DNA of 47,702 bases, filler included, from Catajapyx aquilonaris (Eukaryota): assembly GCA_000934665.2 (NCBI GenBank). It is 2 parts of 2 records of this genome, joined end to end, with 100 filler letters (N's around TTAATTAATTAA, not from the genome) between each part and the next. Parts side by side here need not be neighbours in the genome. Positions count along the whole stretch, not along the records: positions 23,903 to 47,702 come from KZ539384.1; 1 more part is not named here. The stretch is one strand, 5' to 3'. Below the pieces are notes generated by a model. The model saw nothing but the letters and a program-made list of their open reading frames with translations, made no database searches and had not been told where the DNA came from. The position numbers were made by a program, and so were the translations under genes. This document shows, piece by piece, positions 24,362 to 37,190 of this stretch; positions within the stretch are counted from its first letter, which is position 1; each line of letters starts with the position of its first letter.

Positions 24362-27150
24362 CAACTTCAGCAACTACAAGGCACGATTTTCGATGCCACG
24401 CTCAGATGACAACATGCTGTACAGCTTTGATGTGGGTCCAGTGCATTTCATTGCCATCTCCACAGAGTTCTACTATTTCACAAACTACGGCATCAAGCAG
24501 ATAGTGAACCAGTATGAATGGCTTCTCAATGACCTCAAAGAAGCTCAGAAGAACAGGGCACAGAGGCCATGGATCATTGTGTTTGGACACAGGCCCATGT
24601 ATTGCTCAAATAATGACCATGATGATTGCACTCGGTATGAGACCCTCATCCGAGTTGGAATCCCCTTTTTCCACTGGTTTGGGCTGGAGAAGCTGTTTTA
24701 TGAGTATGGTGTTGATCTGGAGATCTGGGCACATGAGCATTCCTATGAAAGGATGTGGCCTGTCTACAACCGGAAGGTGTACAATGGATCAGTCGCAGAA
24801 CCATACCAGAACCCGAAGGCACCAGTTCACATTACCACTGGATCAGCCGTATGTTTTTTGCACTGTTCATTACTTACATCAAGTCTGCAAATTACACTCC
24901 CATTATAGTTGTCACTTTCAAATCTAGATGCCAGCACAACGGCTCAGAAAAGGGCAGTTAATTATGTGATCATTAGAGTCCGGATTTTTAGGCAAGAAAA
25001 AAAGTCAAATAGGCATGAAAAAAAGTAGAATAGGCACAAAAAATTTACTTTTGCAGATGTATGGAGGATAATGTTACAGAAAATTTAAAAGCTGGACAAA
25101 TTTTATAGGCCTAAAGTATAGGTCACAAACCACAGCAAAAACTGAATAACAATGATAACATTACTGACAGAAAATCACAAAACTTGGGTAAAAGACACAA
25201 CGTGCAAGCAAGTATCACTATCTTGCTTTGGACTCTACCGTTTCAGCCCGCGTTTCCACTTGCACAGTATGTTACCAAATATTTTTCTAAATTTTCCTGT
25301 GATTGGAACCGCCTTCCAGCTCATACACGTCACGGCATCATAATTCGTATTACTTTGGAAAGATTATGGTCCTTTCAGGAGCACAAACAATACTCCGCAA
25401 AGAACCAAACAAGCCTCCGAAGAAATAGGTCCGGAATAGGCCTAAGAAGTCCCGAAATTGCTTCAAAAAGTTCAAAAGCTATCCCAAAAAGGCCAAATAG
25501 GCATAAATCACAAAAACCCAAAATAGGCAAAATAGTTCCCAAAGCCATGAAATATGCAATTTAAGGCACTATAAAACCTACATTTTCTACATCCTGTACT
25601 TATAAAACAGATCTCTTCACAAAACCATCCCAACTGTAAAGGAACTATATAGGCATTTGCCTAAAAATCTGGACTTTAGTGATCATTGATAGATATTGGC
25701 CAAGGTGTTTCACGTTCCAAATCATGTTAATACTGCAGCTTCTTCCTATCTAGCAGTTTTGAGATGGATATGAAATTACTATCTATCACAAGGATAAATG
25801 AAGGTACTCTGCACTGACAAAAGCAAATGGAAGGAATAAGCAAACATAATAATAACAACAACAATAATAACCTTTGAAACCCAGTGTTATAGCAATGAAC
25901 TAACACAAACAAGTGCATGTTGTATGGTGTATCAATCCCAAACCATATCGAAGAATTCCATTTAGGGGGTTTATAACCTGCAACCTGATTTACCACAGTG
26001 TACTTGCTAACACTCTTACCAGTTATCAACATTTTCCTCTGTAATTTCAGGGTTGTCAAGAGGGCACTGATCCATTCATCCGAGTCCGTCCACCATGGAG
26101 TGCCTTCTGCAACAGTGATTATGGTTATGCTCACATGCAGGTGTTCAATAAAACCCATATGTACATGGAGCAAGTATCAGTGGATCAGGTCAGTTTGTTA
26201 CATAAAAATATGTAAAACATCATAAAAGGGACACCATATACATGGTGAAGAGAAAGTCGTGGACAATCACCAGGTAAACTTATAGCACTTGCAAAACTAA
26301 TATAGGGATATGCAATTAGTTTTTGGCTCCGTTGCGTAGTTAATGCGTACGGCACCTTTAAAGTGTCGAGGGCCAGATGGTAAAATACGAGGTAAAAATG
26401 ACAAGTGCACGGGTGTCATATCCGGATTCTTACTCTGACGGGATTTTATCACCTATTGCACGAGGACAATGTGTTAGAGGACCAAGGCAAGGGACCGGAG
26501 GCCCCCGAGCTGACTCTTGCTTCTTTGAAGCTGGCAGAACAGAAGTGACGGCATGAAACTTTGATGGCACTGCACGCATTATGCAACAGAGCCCAAAACT
26601 AATTGCACATCCTTATATTAGTTTTACAAGTACTATCAGTCTACATGGCGATTGTCCCTGAGTTTCCCTTCACCCTGTATACTCTCAAAAATGAAATGTA
26701 GATGAAGATGCCTTCTTGAATGTGAGACATTGAAGGTATTTGAATAGATCCTACTGATTCGGTGGCCAATGCAGGAATACTTTAGGTATCACTTTTACAC
26801 TTTATCTGTTTCATTTCTGTTTGTATGGTGCCTTAAGTTTTTAATGTAGTCTAGAACAGTTGCATCAGATTTTCATAAAGAGTTACTGTAAGTGTCCCAT
26901 GCACAGGACATTGACCAGCATGTCCACATCTGATGCACTGTTAGGGAAGAACTATATGGTGTTGTGGGCATTTTTGAGTCCAGTAGTCAAGCTGATGTCA
27001 TTATCTGAAACGTAGCTCAAGCCCACTGCATGGTTTCTAACATATCCATACCATTTTCAGGGTGGCAAGGTGATCGACAGCTTCATGCTGGTGAAGGACG
27101 AGCATGGTCCATATCCTCCAGTTGCAGATGATGTTGAACCTGACTTTTAA
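24362..27150 (+). CDS. ACP7: Acid phosphatase type 7 (purple acid phosphatase), 5'-partial; exons 24362-24848, 26051-26188, 27061-27150
   Basis: NFSNYKARFSMP, YSFDVGPVHFIAISTEFYYF, RPWIIVFGHRPMYCS, WAHEHSYER, HITTGSA|GCQE…DYGY. All junctions are in-frame GT-AG. Confidence 0.93.
24974..25678. mobile_element. Non-autonomous hAT-like element in ACP7 intron
   Basis: TIRs TAGAGTCCGGATTTTTAGGCAA / TTGCCTAAAAATCTGGACTTTA; 8-bp TSD GTGATCAT at 24966-24973 and 25679-25686. Confidence 0.85.
26241..26677. mobile_element. Tc1/mariner-derived MITE in ACP7 intron
   Basis: TA|CATGGTGAAG…CTTCACCCTG|TA with ~110-bp imperfect inverted arms. Confidence 0.85.
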
Positions 27151-27339
27151 CCTTTTAATATTTAATAATTAAAAAGTCAAGTATGAGTTGTGTTAATTGA
27201 GTGAAACTTCAAGTCATTATGCAGATAAGTTGCAATCATTGTTCCTATTTGGGTTTTAAAACATGTACATAAAATGAATTTTATTATGTAGTCACTTTTT
27301 GTTTGAGCAGTTCATTGCACTCGCAGGTATTTAAACTGT

Positions 27340-29149
27340 TCATAAAATGTTGATAGCCTTTATCATTGCCTTCCCCGATTTGACTGGCATTTCAGGTTCA
27401 TTCACATGCACACATATCCTTCCCATTTCTGATCCTGTCTTCCGTCTTCTACACCCCAACTTGTGACACTGTCTGGAATGTGCCTGGAATCTCCTCAAAA
27501 GATCTGCATCTCCACCTGAAGGTCCTATTACATAATCACACCAATACTGGGGCCTCTTTAAACAACATCGCAAGTGATCAGGGTTGCTTACAAATGCATA
27601 GTTCCAGCGTTCTAATGGAAGTCCAGCAGCTCTTCGCAAGAGTCCTGTGACATACACGTCATCTATCCAAAAGTATGGCACTGTTTGGTTGAGGAGGAGC
27701 ATGGCTGTGTCAGGTGTGGTGATGTAGGCCCATCCAGATAAAAAGTCTGGATATGTTACTGCCTGAAATTCACCATGTGTCACATACCATTTGCTACTGT
27801 GGTCTCGGCGAGGGTTGAGGCCATTGTGGATGTAACCCAGTAGTAACTGATGCCTGTGAAACAGGTAATTTCAATTGTTTTAGAATTGATTTGACAATAA
27901 ACATTAGTCTTGTAACTAATGCACTTTTTAAACTACCCCTTCTATGAAAAACAATGCATGTGTTTTGAATAACCTGTCCTATCATAAAGAACAACCTGTT
28001 ATAAAGTTACACAGAAGTTGAGAATTTTTTTAAATGACGAAACACACTTGTGGGGCTATTGAAAATTGACATACAAATTTTACCAGTGATCCAATTTTCA
28101 GTTGGGTAAAATTTTCTGGGTTAGTATACGACGTAGCAATATCAGGCAGGTAAGACTACAGGTTGGTAATCAAGGCCACTCTGCCAGAGAGTTCAGGTGT
28201 GGTTAGTACTATCAAGAGCTGGTACTATTCCTTGCCACACACCTGTTTGAATACTGCTGCAGCATTTCAAGTAGCTGATACATGTCAATGGCAATGTCGT
28301 CATCCATCTTGAGCACATATGTTGCTTGTGGACAGTATGTAGTTACCCATTTCAGCCCCATCACATGTTTGTAGGTAAGGTTGCGGTAATCCTCTTCAAA
28401 ATTACCCTGATGTCAATGAAAATTCAGTTAATGATACAAAAGATCAATTTGTTACACAGATGTTGAGCCCCCAGCACATCAATCATGCAATTTGCTTCCA
28501 ATATTTGCGTAAGTTCTAGTCACCTACAATATTGTGAAATTAAAATGTGAATGTTACTGCAACATCTGGCCAGGATGCAATGATCATCATCAACGGTATG
28601 GTAGTACATATTTACTCCCAAATCTAATGGCTCATTTTTTAGATCGTCATATTATTTCAATCATAGGCATAAGCACAGTCATAAGCTTCGATAAGGCCTC
28701 AGGTTATAATAATTAGCTCCCTTTTCCTTCACCTGCACAATATCACCGTAACGTTTGCTCTCCTTCCGAATGTCTTCTTCACTGACGGCCGGGTACTCCC
28801 TACTCTCATTACGCCCAGTCCTGGCCAGCAAAAATACTCTTCTCACTTGCAGGTCCCACAGTCTATTTCCAAAATCCTTTCTGTGTGCCCGCCTGAGGGC
28901 AAAGTGGGATGCATGGGAGGTCACCAAGGCCACCAAGCTGATATTGCCTGTCCGACACACATCACTAGTAATCAAATACTTAAAGCTGTGCAGATCCAGC
29001 AGTTTCTGAACATCCCAATCCAGCGGGGAAGGCACTCTTCCCTGATTGACCTTAATAGGTGGCGGAGTCATGTATGTCCAGAGGGATAGAAGCAAAGAGC
29101 AGGAGAGGGTTATGATTAGTAATGGGGCTGCCTTAACTGTTTGGCGCAT
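27340..29149 (-). CDS. Beta-1,3-galactosyltransferase family (GT31) protein, ~364 aa; exons 29149-28733, 28406-28243, 27853-27340
   Basis: N-terminal type II TM anchor; ESKRYGDIVQ|GNFEEDYRNLTYKHVMGLKW; LKMDDD (DxD); SKWYV…YPDFLSGWAY; IDDVYVTG. Junction phases are consistent. Confidence 0.92.
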
Positions 29150-29552
29150 CGCTTATTATCGCTAACACCCTCGTCACTCGGACACAAGCAGTGGGATTGT
29201 TACTGTAACCTGCTGCATACTCAGGTAAACTTGGTCACTGCCATCTTATACCAGTCAGACTGCTTTTTTTGTGGATATTCAAACGTGGGCGGCCATGTTG
29301 AACGGAAAATGCTGAATATGTACTGTTCGCGCAGGAACAGGTGTAACGAGAGCTGATTGGTTCAAAATAACTTGTTGCCAATTGTGGCCAATCATATCTT
29401 TCACGCGTTGCAAAATCGCAGCATGTAAAAACAAGTGATAAATGCAGAATATCTCACTTCACTTCATGATCCAATATGGCTGCTTACATGTGGTAATAGT
29501 GGGCCACCAGAAAGAACCGTCTGTTTTATTTTTGCAGTGCCTGTAGTGTGAT
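29150..29552. promoter_or_regulatory. Probable bidirectional promoter between the GT31 gene and MTRES1
   Basis: ~400 bp separate the divergent start codons. YY1-like motifs GGCGGCCATGTT (~29288) and AATATGGC (~29473) face opposite ways; CCAAT boxes at ~29353 and ~29386. Confidence 0.55.
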
Positions 29553-30385
29553 ATGGCACACGTTCTCAGGCTAGTCACATGTGTCACTCCACAGCGCTGT
29601 GCTGTCAGGAGTTTGGAACGAGTTACTCACTCACCGGTTGTTTACATTGTGAGGTGCAAGTTCAGTAAGACGAGGTCCAAGGTAATTGTTCTTACACACA
29701 CATGTAATCAAGCATGTAGTGGTAAGGAGTACAGGTTATTATGTGTGCTCCTTGTCATGACTAGTTACCCCACACAAGGGCAAGTTATGAAGGAAATTAA
29801 AAAATGTATCGCATTGCAGAGTGAAAATTTTTAAACAGCTGCCTGACCGCAAATTGTCAAAACCATAGTAGCATGCAATGCTCCACACCGTTCCACACTT
29901 ATCGTTCAAGTCTGTGCGCTTATTTTACTCTGCTAGGATCTATACTAGAACGTAATTGGCAAAATGTTCCCATTGAAAACATACGCTATAAGCAATCTTA
30001 TGCGTTTTAAATTGTCAGTTTCAAATGGCATCCAGTCTTAGTGGCCAAAAAAAGCCATATAGGCTAATTATGTCATTTTCATGTGGTACACTGATTGACA
30101 ATGTTTTGAGTACACTCTGCGTGAGAGCTAAATATTTATTATTATTCTTCTTCTTCTTCTTAAAAAAGGGTAAAACCAGTAAAACATAAAAATAAAACAT
30201 AAGGGTATAACATAAGGGTAAAGGGGGTCTGGGAAAGGGTGGGCAGGGGTGGGGGGTGGGACGGGTTGTTTATAGGTTTATTTTCACAAGTTTTAATTTA
30301 GTTCATATGTTGGGTTAGCTTGCGTCTCCCTTCATCGCTGACTGCCCCTCATAGGGAAATGTCGTGATGATGATTATTATTATTA

Positions 30386-30416
<31 letters not shown>

Positions 30417-32297
30417 TTTTAATTGTACCCCGTTCTCGGCGCCTAGGCCCTTTTTAGGGGTGTGGAAATACCACCATCTTTTGGAACCACGTAATATGAT
30501 ATTATTAAATTGTTCCAAGGGTAAGTAGGAGGGGATGTACAAAGTGCAAGTGCAATGTCGCATATTGGTCATTTTGTGATCTCCCCCGGGTGGATTAGTC
30601 TAGCAGAAATTTCCACCAGAGACGAAGCCAGAGATGGCCCAACTCTGCACGAGATGAAGAGGGGAACCCCGGGTTGGGTTCTAACCCGGGACCTTAACAT
30701 CCGTGGGCACACACGTTACCACAGCACCACTCTGCCTCCCCTCATGAGAGGTAAATATTGATTATTACCTGTTTCTTTGCAGGGCAGTCAACAAGATGAT
30801 ACATCCTCATCCTCATCTGACGATGAAGAGCAAAGCATTGGAAAGATTCCAGGAATGCGAGTCATGAAAACATCCTTGCCATCCCTTAGGATTGATGCAG
30901 TACTAAAATCTGGTCTTGGAACATCAAGGAAGTGCGTCACATTGTATGCATAAATTCTTTAATGCCCAGTTTGTCAATATCACTTGGGCCCATTTTCGTC
31001 AATTCCCTGGATTATATCTGGATGCAAACTGTTATTTGTTCTTACAAATCATACGTCGAGTCCCGCTCATAAAGAATGGCACGACTCTATGCAGTAGGGA
31101 ATCTAGGATTTTCAGGGGGATAAAATTTTTGGGGGTCAATGTCACGCAAGCTGAGGTTCCAAAACCTTCCCTTGCTCGAAATTTGGAAAGGGCTGAAAGA
31201 TGTGTCCTATTTTGGAGGATTTGCAGAATTCGGACTGCACATTTCTTAATCCGGACTGTACAAAGTGGGCAGATTACACTCTTAAATTAGGGCCTGTTCT
31301 ACGCTATGCTCTATGTCTATTATAATGGGAATGCATGTTGCCGTCAATATCTCGGTATGTGGAGGTAAAATTACTCCAAAAAGCACCCGTGAATTTACAA
31401 AACTTTTATTCTTCACCAGCATTGGGAAAGGAAAAAATTGTTACGTATTAACATTATAAGCATTATACATTGTAGGAGTGTAGGGACTAGAGAGAGCATG
31501 GAAGGTGGGGAGGGAGGTGCGAGTATGATGTGCGGAGAAGGGAGAAAGGCCAGATATTGATTTGTTTTTTTTTTGCGAGAAAAATATATTGAGAAAAAAG
31601 GTGCTTCCTACGGATGACATGTTTATCCAGACTCTCCAGCATTATTCCCAACCTGATTTCATTGCGACCCTATGGACAACTTGTCCTCGACCTCTGGCGA
31701 CCCGTATGACCCCATCCCTACTTTTTCTGAAATTTTTTTATTACCAAAATGTTCAACCTGGTACAATGCTTATGTAGATTTGAGATGAATTTCCCCCCTT
31801 AAATTTTCTTACTTTGCCTTGTTTTTTTCTTGATGTTAATTGCCTTTTCCCAGCCTTCGTCATGACCCCTAAAAACATGCAGGCAACTTAGGGGTTGGGA
31901 ACAGAATAAACATTTTGTCCACATAGAGTCATACCATTCTTGATAAACGGTACTGTAATTTTAATTACAGCATGTTACCTGCTGATTTACGTTGATTTTC
32001 TATCTTCACAGCAAGATTGAGGCTGCATTCTATGAGAGTCGCCTCCGTCTGAATGGCAACCGTGTCTTGAAAAAAAGTCAGCAGGTCATGGAAGGGGATG
32101 AAGTGGATCTGATCAATGGACCCAGTCACTTAAATCCCACCCAGTTCCTTGACATATCCCGCGTCCATTTAGCCTCAATAAAGCAGCCAGATGAAGAAAC
32201 TGGACGAATCCCAGCTCAACTTCACATATTTAGGAAGTTGACTGTTGAGAATTACCCAGATGCATGGAAAGTTGGAAGTCTTAGTAAAGATAGCTGA
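29553..32297 (+). CDS. MTRES1: Mitochondrial transcription rescue factor 1 homolog (S4-like RNA-binding domain), ~187 aa; exons 29553-29681, 30783-30931, 32012-32297
   Basis: Arg-rich, presequence-like N-terminus; acidic patch; SLRIDAVLKSGLGTSR|NKIEAAFYESRLRLNG…KKS…V.EGDEVDL. AATAAA at ~32342 and ~32361. Confidence 0.88.
30160..30395 (+). mobile_element. Second copy of the (TTA)n-associated repeat, nested at the tail of a SINE
   Basis: Matches 18038-18180 in reverse complement; ends in GTGATGATGA(TTA)n. Confidence 0.75.
30400..30741 (-). mobile_element. tRNA-derived SINE (family B) in MTRES1 intron 1
   Basis: Minus strand starts GGGGAGGCAGAGTGGTGCTGTGG (A box) with GGTTAGAACCC (B-box variant) and ends in a (TAAA)n tail. 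Imperfect TSD TGAGAG(C/G)TAAATATT at 30122-30136 and 30745-30759. Confidence 0.8.
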
Positions 32298-32403
32298 CCC
32301 ACTCAATCCTACACTTTCCTTTACTTAGATATTGCAGCATCAAATAAAAAACCAGCATGGGAATAAATTACTCTGTTTTATTTCTCCGTTTTCATTCAGA
32401 CCC

Positions 32404-32423
32404 NNNNNNNNNNNNNNNNNNNN
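32404..32423. other. Assembly gap (20 N)
   Basis: Run of N. Confidence 0.99.
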
Positions 32424-35400
32424 AAAAAAAAAAGAGACCCACATTTCCTTTTTTCAGCTCTCCAATAAATATATTGCCTTGCCCATTTAGAAACAGTTTT
32501 CTATGAAAATAAATTACCAGAGCAAGTTTAGGTGCAAAAACTGTGCCCTTTGTAATGTCTATAATTTAAAAGAGGACGTAAAACTATTCAACAAGATTTG
32601 TGAAGAGGAATAGCTTCCTCCAGTTTGCATGGGGCAGACTAAAAAGATTCAAGAAGACAACACCGGAAGTAAACAAGCATAAGTGAGGGAAAAACAATGA
32701 TGACCATTTAGCCATCGTAATGATGAGTGATTCCAGGATTGTTATTTGTACAAGTGTAGGAAGTTCACTTTTTTTGCTTGCTTGCTTGCATTTAACAATA
32801 CTGCCACATAATTTGCTTTTGTCAACAACAGGTACAAGTGTCAAGTCTACATCTATGTACAATTTTTGCCTGAGAATATTTTAAACCCCCATCCTGTCAT
32901 GTGTAAGTAGAACTATTATTACATTGACATGATTGCATTCAAAGTGTTATTAGTTACTTGCCTAGTTGATCTCTACACTTGCCATTTATAATGCCTGATT
33001 CTTTCAAGATGAATCTCCATTTTGAAGTTCTGGCAAAACCAACTGGCTGAAAGCACCTGTATCTACTATGCAGTTTGAGCAGCGCATTCATACCAGCCAA
33101 AATACCAAAATAATCCCACCTCTTTTCACATAAAAGCATTACACAAGAAAGCGGTTCCTTAGGCCCAGTTGTACGAACACAAATTACAGAGAGAATCCCT
33201 GATTTTGTACAATGGATATTATGCATAATGAGATTTGTCCTTAATTTGCTTTAATACAACCAGCCCTTAGTGTCAACACAACAACAATAGCAACAGTTAA
33301 TCCATCTGAAATTTGAAAAAAGAACAAAAAATCTATAATTATTAGATATGCTTGTTTTGCACAACCTCATGCCAAACCCAAAGAAAAGTGAAGATCGTGT
33401 TATCATTACTCTAGAAAGCCATTCTACTGTCATATTTCTACACCTTGACAAGTTTTCCTGCGAAAAACCCATTTCCCTCTTTTCCACACAAAACTATACT
33501 CACTCTGGGATGGCAGCACTGATCATTACACCTTTGAAAGGTGACCAGTGGCGTTTTAAATGCTAGATAATCGTAGCATAGGCCTGCATATTCCCACCTG
33601 AAGAATTTGTTGTTCCAAGTACATTAAAATAAATGAGTAACATGATGGTATGCCTGTACAAGGATGATGAAACTGGATAATGAAAATCAGTCTAAATATG
33701 TCAATGTTTGCTACACATCTTCCTTTCCCCATCAAGTTAACATGCAACGCTTACTTCCATATTTTAAAATTTCTCCCCACTTAGGGGGGACAAAGATCCT
33801 GCAGCCAACATAGGTCCCCCCATAAGAAAATCGGCATTCGTCAATAAAACACTCAAGAAAGAATTTGAATTTTTGAAGAGCCACTTGAGGACCCTCCTAG
33901 CCCATTAGGTGGGTATGGACCAAACTTTGGGAACCACAGCTCAATGGTGATCAAATGTGACAATCATGCTCCTAATACGGAGCCTCACAGGGAAGATATT
34001 CCCAAGGAATCAATCTGTTAATAAGTTAGTGCATTCCATTATTATTATTCTTGGTCACAAGCTGCTGTTTGTTTTCTTTGCATAAGCTCTCTGCACTCTG
34101 AAGCATGCAACAACAATTTGAATGGTGCCAAAACACATTAATAATTCATTACATCAAGCATAATCCCAGAAATGGGGTAGCCAGCAAGGACTAGTGTGTA
34201 CACCTAGCCATTAATAATTGTATATTTTAGGTGATAGGGGCAATTTTCCATCATACTAAAGGTAATCCTGTGTGATTCCTCCTCATATATCTGGGGCACA
34301 ACGTCCATATGAAACACCCTGAATAATAAAACTGACTGGAAAATTACTTCTGCGTTTTCAATGAAATCCTTGTTTGTACTGCAAGTCATAATATATTATC
34401 CCATTAGGGTGCATAAAAATGTCCTGGAACAACCACTTCTTCAAATTACATGCTGTCCATTTCCAACTTTTGGTAGCACCTGCCTACCATACCTAAAGCA
34501 TGAAAACCTTTCCTCTGTGGGATATCACAGTTAACACTTCCTTCATATTAGTTGTTCAAATAAATGCCTTTGGTTGATTATAGCAAGTTTAAAAACTCAT
34601 TCAATCTGCATAAATTGTTTGGTGGTAAATACACCTGGATCCTTCTCAAGAGCAGTAACAAAGATGGATCCTCAATCACTCCAACACTACAAGATAGTTT
34701 GGAGGTTTGCAGGACAATATGTAAGATGCATTGTCCAAGGCAGAATGTGATTACTAATTGCTGCATTTCACGGGTTTTGCACCATCCTTTACTTCACTAT
34801 GTCACAACTGCATTTATTACTATATAATTATTATGCACATATTTTATTATGCAACTCATCTTGTTCTCCTTAAAAATTGCAGTGATGTAGTGATGGAGGG
34901 ATCCCATTTGTCACTTTCTGAAATCTGACAGTACTCCCATGAAATATTGCATGGATTAATTCAGGACCAGATGCTAACAAGTAGGGGTGGACATGGAGGG
35001 ACGGAGTGCAACTCTGCAGGCACAAGAATTACTGAATCGAGTCTCTGCAATTTACACATTATTTACTAGATGAGGTACCACATATTGCCCAAGAAAAAGT
35101 AAGCCTGATGCAATTTAAGGCAGAGGTACAGTATATGTTGAGTGCAATGACCAAGTAAGGTAAATTCTCAAGGCACCCATGAGGTACTCAATAGACCATG
35201 TTTGCATTGGGCTGCCATAAACTAGGTGATTACAGGCAACAGTTTCTTGTGCAAGTAGCTGCTGCAGATTTTGTCTGAAGGCGTATCACCTTTGCTTGTT
35301 TCTTACATCCTCCCTTTTTATCTTGCTTGCATGATATCCAAAATGGTGCTGCCCAAAGTAAACTAAAAGTTAGAGGCAAATGAGGTTATTGCATAATATG

Positions 35401-36079
35401 TTTTGATATTCTGTGAGCAGCTGCCAGCCATCTCATCACCTAGTAAAGTTCATTATCATCAACACAATCATCCACGTTCATCACCTAGTTTGTGGCCAGT
35501 TTAATGCTGTAGGAGGGTGCCATGGTGCTAAGGCAAAATTTGCACCAACAATACCAAAAGGCCCAATTTCACACACATGCTTTCCCTTTCTACACCCTCA
35601 AGGTAGAATTCAGATACCTCCCATCTGTCTTCGTTGGAAATTTTACTGATAATCCACACATGGAAAACTCACAAATGCAAAGTAGAGCTCATCACCTGCA
35701 TGTGCAACTCCCATCCAAGTGGCCTGTCACTATAAGGAAGGTCCAAAAGGTACGCTTGTAGCAAATAAAGGTCCGTGCCATATGCCGCAAATGGGGCAGT
35801 GCACTACCCATTATCATAATCACTGTCATTATTACTACCCATGCACTACACGTTATCATTATTATTATTATTATTATTAGTGCACATCTCTATGACACTT
35901 CCTTCCCTTTTAGCACAATGTGGTATCTGGAGTACTGCAGCCAGGGCTTATTGCATTTTATCACACTTATGCAGACTGAAAGAGTAGCTTTTCATTTGAA
36001 CAACTTAGACACTCCACAAACCCTCCTACATATTTTACACTCCCACATACTTTTTTAAAAAACCAGTTAAAACTATTAG

Positions 36080-36877
36080 TCAATGGACTTTGGTCCTAAT
36101 AAATTGTGTCTTATATCTAACCTTCCCTTTGCCCGTCCCAGCTCCTACTCTCCTACGTTCCTCCTTCCCCCCACATGCACAGGTAGCCCCCTCATCATTC
36201 TTCCTTTTTGCACTGCACTGCTTCTTTATAAACCGTCCACAAAATTTGCATCTGGATGATAAAACCCTGGCAACCTCTGGTTTTTTCTTGTCTTTTCCAT
36301 GCACATTATTTAGGTGCCGCTTCACATTTCCTTTAATGGCAAATTGTTGGGGACACAAAGGACACAAATATGTCTTGATGCCAGTGTGAATCCACTGATG
36401 TTCTTTGCATTTTACACGTGTGCGGAACACTTTTGGGCACAGTTCACACCTAATTATTGCCTTTGAGTCTGGATCTGGTGCTTCTGGTTTTCTTCGACCA
36501 TTCTTGCTACCTGCCTTGCTCCTCTTTGGCTTAGGCTTCACCTTCAGCTTCTTTTTGACCTTCAAAGTTGTCTTTTTTTTGCTGCTCTTTGCCTTCTTCC
36601 TATCAGCTTCTTCACTTCCCCGTCCTCGTATGATGATTCGCTTAGCAACACTCCCCCCAAATAGCCGGGGTTCAAACTCCCACACTGGGATGCCACCTTC
36701 AGAACAAATGTCTGGAAGGGGGAGGTAAACCATGGCCAGCTGGTTTGACAGGAATAGATGATGGCTATTGGGTCCGTTTGGGATGATGACTGAAGCACTG
36801 CTGCTTTCTGAAGACTGCTTGTGACAGGCATTGCTGTGGTGTCTGTCTGGGTGCATTGCCCGGGGGAAGCCAGTCAT
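36080..36877 (-). CDS. C2H2 zinc-finger protein (two canonical fingers, Lys-rich NLS-like region); start uncertain
   Basis: CELCPKVFRTRVKCKEHQWIH-TGIKTY-LCPLCPQQFAIKGNVKRHLNNVH; splice acceptor TTTTATTAG| at 36897 upstream of the ATG. Confidence 0.8.
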   Translation of the reverse strand: MTGFPRAMHPDRHHSNACHKQSSESSSASVIIPNGPNSHHLFLSNQLAMVYLPLPDICSEGGIPVWEFEPRLFGGSVAKRIIIRGRGSEEADRKKAKSSKKKTTLKVKKKLKVKPKPKRSKAGSKNGRRKPEAPDPDSKAIIRCELCPKVFRTRVKCKEHQWIHTGIKTYLCPLCPQQFAIKGNVKRHLNNVHGKDKKKPEVARVLSSRCKFCGRFIKKQCSAKRKNDEGATCACGGKEERRRVGAGTGKGKVRYKTQFIRTKVH

Positions 36878-37190
36878 GCCGTAGAATTAGGACACCCTAA
36901 TAAAAGAAGCACAAGGTTAAGATTGCTAAAAATTTAATGTACAGATGTCAATTCAAATAACCAAAGTATGATGCAAAATCACCCCTTATTCATGTTAATT
37001 GCAGAGAGCTGCAAACACCTTTAATTCATGCCATGTTCACAACTGGACAACTCAAAAGAGGTCTTCATTTAAAATGTCTAGTTGTAAAATGCAACCAACA
37101 AATTTGGATTTAAAAATTTTCTTCATTTATATTATGGAGAATCCATCACATGCACCTTTATTAATAGCAACTTAATGGATATTCAAGTAC

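Noticed and set aside
32430..36070. Many short ORFs
   Set aside because: AT-rich with no coding signature; more likely 3' UTR or intergenic.
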